From contig NC_081356.1 in assembly GCF_030684315.1 (NCBI RefSeq), positions 16,641,197 to 16,705,196 on the forward strand: a DNA stretch of 64,000 nt, written 5' to 3'. The position numbers and the translations under genes are program-made. This DNA is from Stegostoma tigrinum. Taxonomy: Eukaryota. Below, in pieces: positions 39,075-49,019 of the stretch. Below the pieces are notes generated by a model, which worked only from the letters and a program-made list of their open reading frames with translations, searched no databases and was not told where the DNA came from. Every line of letters starts with the position of its first letter. Positions within the stretch are counted from its first letter, which is position 1.

Positions 39075-39870
39075 CGCTCTTGACTTGTTCCTTATAGATG
39101 GTGGAAAGGCTTTGGAGAGACAGGAGAGGAGTTATCTGATGCAGTATTTCTAGCCTGTGGCCTCCTCTTGTAGCCACCATATTTACGTAGCAATTTCAGT
39201 TGAATTTCTCATCAATAGTTGCCCCAGGATTTTGACAGTGGGGATTTCACTGATAGATAAACCATTGAATGTCAAAAAGTAGTGGTTAGATTGTCTGTTA
39301 TTGAAGATGGTCATTGCCTGGCATTTATGTGGCTTGAATGTTATTTGCCACTTTTCTGGCCTAGCCTTGCATTTGTGCATGGGCTGCTTCAGAATCTGAA
39401 GAGTCATGAATGGTGCTGAGTAATGGGTAATCATTGGTTCCCCACTTCTGACCTTATGACAGAGGGAAGGTCATTGATGAAGTAGCTGAAGATGGATGGG
39501 CCCAGGAGAGTTCCCTGAGCAGCTGCTGCAAGATGTCCTGTTGCTGAGATGATTTGACCTTCAACAGCCACATCCATCTTCCTTTATGCCAGATATGACT
39601 CCAATCAGCAGAGAGATTGTCCCTGATTCCCATTGATTCCAGTTTTGTTAGGGTCCCTTGATGCCACATTCAATCAAATGCTGCCTTGATGTCAGGGGCT
39701 GTCACTCTCACCTCACCTCTGGGATTCAACTCTTTTGTCCATGTTTGAACCAAGGCTGTAATGAGGTCGGGAGCTGAGTGGGCCTGGTAGAACCCAAACT
39801 GACTATCAGTGAGCAGGTTATTGCTGAGTAGGTGTTGCTTAATAGCACTGTTGATGATACCTTCCATCTC
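39075..39870 (-). mobile_element. CR1-clade LINE RT fragment
   Basis: MEGIINSAIKQHLLSNNLLTDSQFGF..SAPDLITALVQTW..DIKAAFD, VWHQG..KLESMGI, WQITFKPHKCQAMTI. Confidence 0.85.
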
Positions 39871-40842
39871 CTTACAGATGGTAACACCTTTTGCTCCCCA
39901 CTGTTGGACAATATTTCATGTGTACTTTGTGTGTTTAAAAGTACATATATACTTCAAATTATGTAATTTTAAAAAAATGCTAGCCATGTTTGTTTCAGCC
40001 TCATTTCTCAAAAAACTTCAGCCAATGAAATCAATTTTAATACATAGTTTGAGTTTTAGACTTAATGCCCTAAATGTGGTTTTTAAAATTGAACAACAAA
40101 CTTTGACAATATAACTAAGCACAATGTTGGCACAATCCATTTGAACTATCTCAGGAAGGGAAGTGAAATTCACCTTGGCGAGATGCTAGGCGTAGATGCC
40201 TTGCCATTGGAAGCTGTAAGCACAGACCTGCTACTCAACACAAAATGGAATGGAAGAAAAATTAGGGAAGAGATCATAGAAACTTAAAGCACAGAATGAG
40301 GCCATTCATCCTACTGTGCCTCTGTCGGCTTTTTGAATTAACTCTCCAATTTGACCTATTACCCATTTCTTTGCACATGATCCTGGAAGTGACCCCAGGT
40401 TAGACAATGATAAGCCCTTTGGCATACATCTTGAAGCAGCTTTTCTGTCCATTTTCAGTCCAAATGGAATGTAACCCATAGAGAGCAAAGGAAAATAATA
40501 TTTTTGAAAACAAAGCAAAGTACGAATCAAACTGGAAGGTATTTGGAGTGCTAATAGATTACGCAGCAGCAAAGCTTTTATTGTGTCCAGTGGTTTACTG
40601 CACTCCAAACATATTTCTCAGTCTCTGGAGGGTTCACTGCAGATTTCCTGTGTTTCTTAATGCTACTAATGAGTTTCAAAACCTGCCAAACCTTTCAAGA
40701 ATTTGCAATTAATTAACAACAGTTTCCTGGCTGGAGTTCATCATTACTCCCACCCCTCCTCTTCCTACAGGCTCAGGGCACGCATAGCACTCAGCCAAGG
40801 GTGTGCTGTAAAGGGAAAATTGAGCTTAGAAACAGAACGCCA

Positions 40843-41113
40843 ATGGGACCGTTCGACTTTCTCTCTGGAGTTTTGTTCTTCGTCTGCTTCTTGGCATCGG
40901 ATGTAACAAATTGCTATGCAGACGATCACCAGATACAGCAACCGTTCAGTAAAGCTATTTTGGAAATGTTACATATAAACACACTTACATTTCCACGACG
41001 TACCAAACTTCATCCTTACATGAGACTAATCTATCAGCAGCTCAGCTCATCGGAAACCAAGGACTCTACCACAACTGAGGGAACACTGGTGCAAAGCTTT
41101 CGCAGTATCAAAG
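40843..41113 (+). CDS. Divergent TGF-beta/BMP-superfamily ligand, coding exon 1 (signal peptide and prodomain start)
   Basis: Kozak gccaATGg; hydrophobic MGPFDFLSGVLFFVCFLASDVTNCYA; prodomain motifs ILEMLHI, HPYMRLIYQ, GTLVQSFR; donor AG|GTACAA, phase 1. Confidence 0.85.
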
Positions 41114-41709
41114 GTACAATGTATTACAAATTAATTGTTTATATAGCTTATAAGTCTCAATACTTTCATAAAACCCACTTGTTGCACTAAATTCTCACAT
41201 TGCCTTGTTATTTACTGTAAATAACTGAGCATATGTCCAGCTATATCCAAGCAAAGAAGGAAAGAGGAAACACTTGGACATTAAGCATTTATTACAAATT
41301 ACTGGGGAATTCATTTTTAAGCATAAATATAATTTTCATTGGTTGGGTGCACCATGTATTAATAAATATCCGATGGCATCCTTGGAAAATGGAAGACTAA
41401 AACATTTTTTGAAAAACACTCCAGAGTCTTACTTATGTCACATGAGAAGCAAAACTTGTCATCATCAATCTCCATAACATCGAATAATAAACACTGACTT
41501 GAAACCTCAAAGGTTTCCAAGAAACCTGACTAATATCCTACTCAAGTGTAAGAGTTTTAGTTTAATGTCTTATTCAAAATTACCTTTAATAATGCACTTT
41601 CTCTCCACACTGCATCAAAGGATTAGCATAGATTATAGAATTATTGTTCTGACTTCAGAGATAAGAATGCTACAACTGTAGTAACATCGCCAGACTGTTA
41701 GTCTAGAGA

Positions 41710-41920
41710 TAAAGAAAACTGCAGATATTGGAGAATCTGAGATAACAAAGTGTGGAGCTGGATGAACACAGCAGGCCAAGCAGCATCTTAGGAGCACAAA
41801 AGCTGACGTTTTGGGCCTAGACCCTTCATCAGAAAGGGTCTAGGCCCAAAATTTCAGCTTTTGTGCTCCTAAGATGCTGCTTGGCCTGCTGTGTTCATCC
41901 AGCTCCACACTTTGTTATCT
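41710..41920. mobile_element. Fold-back Penelope-like terminal-repeat element in intron 1 of the TGF-beta-like gene
   Basis: ~88-bp near-perfect inverted arms (41739-41826 and 41834-41921); 15-bp TSD ct(g/a)tta(g/a)tctagaga at 41695-41709 and 41921-41935. Confidence 0.85.
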
Positions 41921-41924
41921 CTAT

Positions 41925-42240
41925 TAATCTAGAGAGCCAGGTAATGTTCTGGTGACCTGGGTTCAAATCCCACCATGGGGGATAGTGTTTGAATTCATTA
42001 GGATTTGAATTCAGTAAAAATCTGGAATTAAGATTCAACATGAAAATGTTGTCGATTGTTGGAAAGATACATCTGACACAGCAATACCCTTTAAGGAAGG
42101 AAATTGCTATCTTTACCTACTCTGACCTACAAGTAACTCCAGACCCACAGCAATGGTTTTAACTGTTCTCTGGGCAATTAGGAATAGGCAATAAATGTAG
42201 GCCTAGCCAATGACTCCCACATCTTGTAAATGAATGAGAA
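41925..42240 (+). mobile_element. tRNA-derived SINE (host of the fold-back insertion)
   Basis: B-box-like gggttcaaatcccacc; tail ggcaattagg..ggcaataaatg..tgaatga. Confidence 0.65.
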
Positions 42241-42554
42241 AAAATACAGTGGGCAAATTCTCCATTATAAGTCCATACTCAAAAAACCAGAACAAAAGAA
42301 GCCAATAATCACTGTGACTGTTTCTCAACAGGCCATAATGGTAGACTAGAATATCAATCATAAAATGAAGTAGCTAAATAAGTTAAAATAGAAATGAGAA
42401 TATACGGCAATATGTCTTTGATCAAGGCACAAAAATACTTCAATCTCATGAATTTACTTTTCCCATGAATATATTAGATCTTGTTTTTCCTTTTTACAAT
42501 TGATGCACCTGAAAACTGATGGGAGGTGACTACGAAAGTAAATTCAACCAGTCA

Positions 42555-43020
42555 TAGGGAGGATATTATTAAACTGGAGAGGGTTCAGAAGAGTTTTACC
42601 AGGATTTTGCCAGGTATGAAAGGTTTAAGATATAAAGAAAGGTTGGATAGGCTGAGACCTTTCACTGTAGCGTAGAAGGTTGAGAGTTGAACTTATAGAC
42701 ATTTATAAAATTATGAGGGGTATAGGTAGGGTTAATGGTAGGTGTCTTTTCCCTAGGATGGGGGATTTCAAGACTAGGGGGCGTATTTTTCAAGGAGGAG
42801 GAGAGAGATTTATAAAAGACATGAGAGGCAATTTTTTTTTACAGAGGGCTGTTCACATGTGGAATGAACATCCTGAGTAAGTGGTAGATTTGGGCATGAT
42901 AGGAAAGATTTGGAGGGAAATGGGCCAGGAGCGGTTAGGTGGGGTTAGTTTAGATTGTGATTATGTTCGGCATGGACTGGTTGGGCCAAAGGGTCTGCTC
43001 CCACGCTGTATGACTCTATA
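42555..43020 (+). mobile_element. CR1 LINE 3' fragment
   Basis: LERVQKSFTR, ELIDIYKIMRGIGRV, FFLQRAVHMWNE. Confidence 0.85.
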
Positions 43021-43205
43021 AATACAAACATTCCCTTGTTAAACCTAAAACAGCAATTACTTCAATTTAAATAGCACCTGCAATGTCCTGCCCAACATTA
43101 GATCTGGTTGGAAAATGGAAATGTAGCAAAAGAAAATCTTTTTTATGGGAATTTATTACTCCTCATGCTGAAAGATTCAACTAATTTTGCTTACGTTTAC
43201 TTCAG

Positions 43206-43797
43206 TTCCTGAATATGACAATCCAGGATGGGTATGGTTTAACATTTCCAAGCTCAAGCCCTCCATGGTGGCAGCAGAGTTGGTGCTACTGCGAAGAACT
43301 CTCCATCCAAAGTCACTGACGGTTAATGTAACAGTACATCATATCAGTTTGGAAGGGAACAACCTCACCATCAGCGATCCACTGGACAAAAAGATTTTGA
43401 ATCTGAGTGAGCTGCCATTCTCTGGATATGACACATTCAATGTTTCCACCATCCTGAAACACTGGACGTTGGATGTGATAGGATTTCAGTTCCAGTTTAC
43501 TGATGACAGTGGCAGTCTGGTATTACACGATGCTCTGACTCAAAGCCTCTACTGCCTCGACACAAACTCTCAGGATGAGCCACTGCTCGTCGCCTACAGG
43601 CTGGCACTGTCAGGAAGGAGGAAGGCAGGAAAACCACTCAGCAGCAGAAACAGCCAGCGGAGCTCTAGGGAAGTGAGGTGGAAATTCCCACCTATTTCTG
43701 GGAAGTGCAGCATGCATCCACTTTATGTGAACTTACAGTCATTGAAGTTAAGTAACTGGATCTTGGAACCACGGGGTTTCTACGCTAATGCCTGTAG
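43206..43797 (+). CDS. Divergent TGF-beta/BMP-superfamily ligand, coding exon 2 (prodomain, RXXR sites, start of mature domain)
   Basis: Acceptor acttcag|TT; WVWFNIS..AAELVL, FNVS.IL, EPLLVAY prodomain motifs; RSSR/REVR at 43658-43678; CSMHPLYVNL..NWILEPRGFYANAC; donor AG|GTAAGT. Confidence 0.9.
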
Positions 43798-44471
43798 GTA
43801 AGTCCTAAATCAGTACTGACTCTGGTTTGATCCGAGCTGGCATTGTAAGTGGCAGTAAAGAAGTTTTCAGCTGTGTCTTTTCTCCCTCATTGCCCTGCAT
43901 TCCACTCTCCCTTCTATTACTATTCCTACTCACCACCCATCATTTTGAAATATAAAAAGTTATTGTCTGTGATCTTGTTCACATTCTGCATGTTTTTATT
44001 ATCTTTTATAGATATAGGGAGCAATTGCAGCAAATTTGTGCCATGAATAGATAAAAGGAAAGCCAGATAATCAATTTCAGTGATGATTGATGTGGAATAC
44101 GTACACTTTTCAACTGAATTCTCAAAGGATTTCAACCTAGCAGAGAGGTCAGATGGGGACACAGGTTTCATAGCTGATTTAACGCATGTCGTTACTCCTT
44201 CAGTCCTGCATTGTCATCCTAAGATTATGTGCTCAAGTCCCTCTTGTGAGATTGATCCCAGAACCTTCACCTGAAGGCTGGAGTGCCACTGCTAAGAAAC
44301 CACTCTTAAAAAACAGTGGACACATATCTAAATCCAGTTTCAGTGCAATAAGTAAATCTGCATGATTGAAATGCATATTTGAAAACTGCCGCATCTTCTT
44401 TAATGATCCGTGCACATCAAGTAGAATGATTTATATTGTGGCTAAATCTGCATTTTGTATTGCTTTCTTAG

Positions 44472-44567
44472 AGGTCATTGCTCTGACTCAATCACTGGCA
44501 AGGGGAATACAGACACAATAAGTCCTGCATCAGGAACAGTGAAGCAAAACATAACGAAAAATCAAAG
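44472..44567 (+). CDS. Divergent TGF-beta/BMP-superfamily ligand, coding exon 3 (96 bp)
   Basis: Acceptor tttcttag|A completes C-R-G-H-C (CXGXC); encodes GHCSDSITGKGNTDTISPASGTVKQNITKNQ; donor AG|GTAAGT. Not in the ORF track. Confidence 0.85.
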
Positions 44568-44647
44568 GTAAGTTCTGCATTTAGTTTTAGTCTCACTTTT
44601 TAAAAAAAAATGAAAATCCATTACTTACCCCATTTCTTTTCCCATAG

Positions 44648-44765
44648 GTGGCACTGTACCCCAGAAGAATATTCTTCAGTTAGTTTAATGCACGTAACAG
44701 AGTCTGGAGATATTTTTATTGAGAGGATAAAAGAGATGAGTATTGAGAGTTGCACATGCAAATAA
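44648..44765 (+). CDS. Divergent TGF-beta/BMP-superfamily ligand, coding exon 4 (terminal)
   Basis: Acceptor ttttcccatag|G after an 80-bp intron; WHCTPEEYSSVSLMHVTESGDIFIERIKEMSIESCTCK*, ending in the family's CXCX-stop. Spliced CDS is 1077 nt, 358 aa. Confidence 0.88.
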
Positions 44766-46392
44766 GATTTAATTCAGAGTGGAAATGCCTAATGTTCCCT
44801 ACATTATCCAAAATCTGTGTTTTCACATTTCAGACACAAGTCACAACACAAGAAATGCTATAGGATTAACCCATGGATAGACTTGGCACAATACTCATAC
44901 TATTTACATTATACCTTTCTAAGTGAGCACTTAACCCACTTAAAGAGGTTCAACTGAATAACTCTCCACGTGGGTGTGGTATATAAACTGCTTATAAGTG
45001 TGCTCGCTCATCCTGTACATAAGGCTCCTCAAGGCCTTAAGCACAGTAGCATTCTTTTATTCACATCTGTACATAGTGGGTTATCACACACAGGTCTCTA
45101 ACATGGTTTCCAGCACCTCTCTCTGCACATACTCATTTCAGACTGGTGTCTTTCATACAAAAAGTTATATGATCAATTGCATGTTTCCAATTACATTGCA
45201 GTTGCTTATTCCAAAGATTTGCTGATTTCGAGTGAGGTTTTTTCTTGAGCAGAATTTTATGTTCCCCTGTTGGTGGGTTTGAAGGCAGGCGACAAACAAA
45301 TCAAACGGTTTTTGGTCTCCATTCCATCTGGAATTTTAAGGAGATGCAAGAGTCGTCAGGTAACCTACTTGAACTTGGGCCTGTCAAGCCTCTTGGGAGG
45401 TGGAGGGGAGGAGAGCGAGATGGTATATCTCCTTTATAGGTCTTCTAGGCCCATCGGAACGACTCCTCCATGGACCACTTTTCTTTAACACTACCCCACC
45501 CCCAGACCTCAAATCCAGCCACTCATTCCCCTCGCTGAGACCTTCACCCAACAACATACCTCGGCTCATTAATATTGGAGAGTGCCTGTTATGGCAACAG
45601 TAACCACTAGTCTCAGTAGAACAGCTGGATTTTACTGAGCCACTGGTCACCTGATGAGTCAACAGCTTACTAAGGTAGAATTTCTTCCCATGACAGGGGT
45701 GGAGGTCTCACTTCTAAGCAATTAACACTGCTCACAGCACAGCACCCCCATAAAATTCAGCACCTTTTAACTTGCAATTTGATTTATCCCTTCAAATTAA
45801 TACAGCACTTGGCATTCCAAGGCTAGAGAATACTCCTTCGCTCTGTCTTTCCTCCCTCCTGCGTTCTGCAGACTTCTACACTTAAACAATTCTTGATGAA
45901 GTTAATCTTCTCTTAAGTTTTTATGGAAGATTACGCTCAACATATGCTATGAATTTCCCCACTACCTGGCATTCTCAAATAAAACTGTGATATTACATAT
46001 CATTCGTAATTAGAAAGCATTCTTCCCAATTTCATCTATTTCAACTTCCCAAGGGATGTTAGATAGGTTGTACACCTGCCATGCACTCAATTTACAATCT
46101 ACTCAATTTTCACAATGCAATTTCCCTACATTGTATTCAATGTATTATTTTTGTTATTATGAAGTGTATCTTAATCAACCTTTCTGTATAATTGGGCACA
46201 ATTGTTCTCAAATTGTGAAGTTTAATGAGTTTCACAATGCAAGGAAGACCTTAATTCTGTAATACTTTAACATTTCATGGCTACTGTGTTTATTGAACTA
46301 GGTAACACCCTCACCATAAGGCATTACTAACACCACGTAATGTTATTGTAATCAGTCATTAACTGATAGTGTGAGTGAACTGTACTCAATTC

Positions 46393-46415
46393 AATAAAGG
46401 CTTTCTTTTAATAAA
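46393..46415 (+). terminator. Candidate polyadenylation signals for the TGF-beta-like gene
   Basis: Two AATAAA (46393, 46410) in AT-rich sequence; another at 45978. Confidence 0.4.
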
Positions 46416-47330
46416 ACAAGCAAAAATTGCTACAGTGCATTTGAATTTCTATTCAGTTGTCTGAGGCAATATAAAAACAAAATATTTACAGCACAGAAGG
46501 AGGCCAGTCTATTTTTCTTCCATGACATCTGAAAGGAGTAATCGAATCTCATTCCAATTTTCCATTTCAGGTCAGTTGCCCTGTAGACTGGGTCAAAGTC
46601 CTGTAAGTCCCTGCTGAACTATGACAGTAATGTGACCAAATAGACTTGCAGCTCACTATCACTTTACTACCTTCTGAAATGACCTAACAAGTCATCCAGC
46701 ACAAAGACAATTTGGAGTAGACAATAAATGCTAATCATAGAAATAAATTTTAAAAAGATCAATTACTGAATACTCAGGATTGACACACTTAAACTGTGCC
46801 ACAGCAAATTGAAATCCTTAAATATGCTGATTTCCTAAAAAAAAACTTTCTTTCCTATTGGAATTGATAAATTGTTTCAAGGAAAGGAAGGATCAGCAGT
46901 AAATGTGGTCTTTGTACATATATAGTGCGGGACCACAAATCCCAGTGTTTTGAAACTCAACCTGAGAAAATCAAAGAGCAATAAAGTCAACAGGATGAAA
47001 GAGTGAAACCATACAGATGAAGGTGGACCTGGATTTAATTTACTAGTCTAGATATACCTCCTGTAGGATCAGTGTGTAAGATGCCACAATTGACTTTACC
47101 ATCCCTTGGTTAGGGCAGGAAGTTAAGCCTGGGTCCAACTTGTAATTGCTTTCCAGCAACTCCTGTTACAAATAGATGACTATAAGTACTGCAGGTTGGA
47201 TATGAGAATAATATTCACCCGACACAACTCTCAGTTGAACCACATATCCAAACCTCTACTTGGGTTCATAAATCAATTAGTACCCATGAAACTACAGTAC
47301 AAATAGGAAAAAAAGAAATGACTATAATAC

Positions 47331-47568
47331 TGTGGTGATAGTAGTGAGGTCAGCCAGGTGGACGTCATAGAATAAGAGTTCCTTGATTAGGGCTCTTAAC
47401 ATGATCCAATTGGGAAGCCCTGGCTGACTGATAAGGACAGGAGGGTCAGGAGTTCTGTTCACTTGAGCAGTTGCCTCTCTGCTAGTGGGCTCAATGTCAT
47501 GTAGTTTACACCTGTAAATAAAGGGTGACTTGGTGACAGGATATGGGCCTTTGTGGAGTTATTCTGTA
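47331..47568 (+). mobile_element. Putative solo LTR
   Basis: Begins TG, has CCAAT and a TATA-like box, AATAAA at ~47517, ~235 bp long; no clear TSD. Confidence 0.4.
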
Positions 47569-47571
47569 CAC

Positions 47572-47965
47572 ATTCTCAGGACTTCTCTTGACAATCTAAA
47601 GCCAATTAAGTACTTTTGGAATCTAATGACTGTAGCGGTGTAGAAAGTATGGCAGTCAATTTGCACACCAGGTCTCACAAACAGCAATTACATACTGAAT
47701 AATTCACATCATTTTGGGTTTTAGCTGAGGAATTGTTGCTGCTCAAGTCTTTACCGCTCTTCTTCAAACTGCTAACACATGGCCTTTGATATTCACCTGG
47801 AAGGCAGATCTGTCATTGAGAAAAAAACAGCAATTCTCACACTCTCTCAGTACTGCCACTGGAATGCTAGCCTCAAATTATATGATTAATTTGCTTCAGT
47901 GGGATTTGAATCCATGAATTTGTTTGAATCCACTCAACTTGATCAGGACGAATAATCTGAGCCAC
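47572..47965 (-). mobile_element. DeuSINE-like element
   Basis: Reverse complement resembles 20905-21235 (attgctgtttgtgagacc..tgtgcaaattgactgcc). Confidence 0.55.
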
Positions 47966-48289
47966 AGTTTATACCTTGGAATTAGTGCTGTCAGGATTGC
48001 GGGAAGGGAAAATGAGGAAATGGACAGGAAAGAGGGTAAATGATGAGAGAGGTTAACCAAAATAAACCAGGATGAGGCATTCAGTGCACTGTGTCTAAGA
48101 ATTTAAAAAATCGTTTGGTAAAAGATGGAGAAAGACAAATCAGTTTTTCATAGCAGCACTTGGGATTTCCATTTACATTCAAATAGTTTCGTCATACAAT
48201 CTGTGTAACTGTTACGTAAAATGAGTCATTTAAAAAAATGATTTCTTCAACAGACAGTTAAGAGCTTAATTATAACTCATTGTAAGTGG

Positions 48290-48955
48290 AGCCACAGACA
48301 GTATAGTGATGAAGGCATTTAGTACACTTGCCTTTATTGGTCAGAGTTTTGAGTACAGCAGTTGGGAGATCATGTTGTGGCCATACAGGACATGGTTCGG
48401 CCACTTTGGTAACACTGCATGCAGTTCTGGTCTCCCTGCCACTGGAAAGATGTTGGTAAACTTGAAAGGGTTCAGAAAAGATTTACAAGGATGGCACCAG
48501 AGTTGTTGGGGTTGGGGGGGCTGGGGTTTGAGCTATTGGGAGAGGCTAAACAGGCCGGGGCTATTTTCCCGGAGGCATCAGAGGCTGAGGGGTGACCTAA
48601 AAGAGGTTTATAAAATCATGAGGGGCAAGGATAAGGTGTTTTTCCACATGGCAGGGGAGTCCAAAACTAGACGGCATAGATTTAAGGTGAGGGAATAGAT
48701 TTAAAAGAGACCTAAGGGGCAACTTTTCCACACAGCGGGTGGTGCATGTATGGAATGAGCTGCCAGAGAAAGTGATGGACGTGGGTACAATTTCAATATT
48801 TAAAAAACATCTAGAGGGTACATGAGAAGGAAGCGTTTGGAAGGATATGGGCCAAGTGCTGGCAAATAGGGCTAGCTTAATCTAGGAAAACTGTTCAGCA
48901 TGGGCGAGTTGGACTGAAGTAACTATGTCCATGCTGTACAACTTTATGACTCTAT
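48290..48955 (+). mobile_element. CR1 LINE 3' fragment
   Basis: LAFIGQSFEYSSWEIML..RLRGDLKEVYKIMRG..TRRHRFKV. Confidence 0.85.
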
Positions 48956-49019
48956 AATGCATCTCAGCACATATCCTGAAGTCTGCCCATTGTGGACACA
49001 GGGTGAGTTGACATGGTAG

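Noticed and set aside
40843-44765. Naming the ligand NODAL, GDF9/BMP15, LEFTY or GSDF
   Set aside because: Lacks Nodal's mature motifs and CC pair, Lefty's C-terminal extension and the GDF9/BMP15 two-exon layout; no symbol assigned without a phylogeny.
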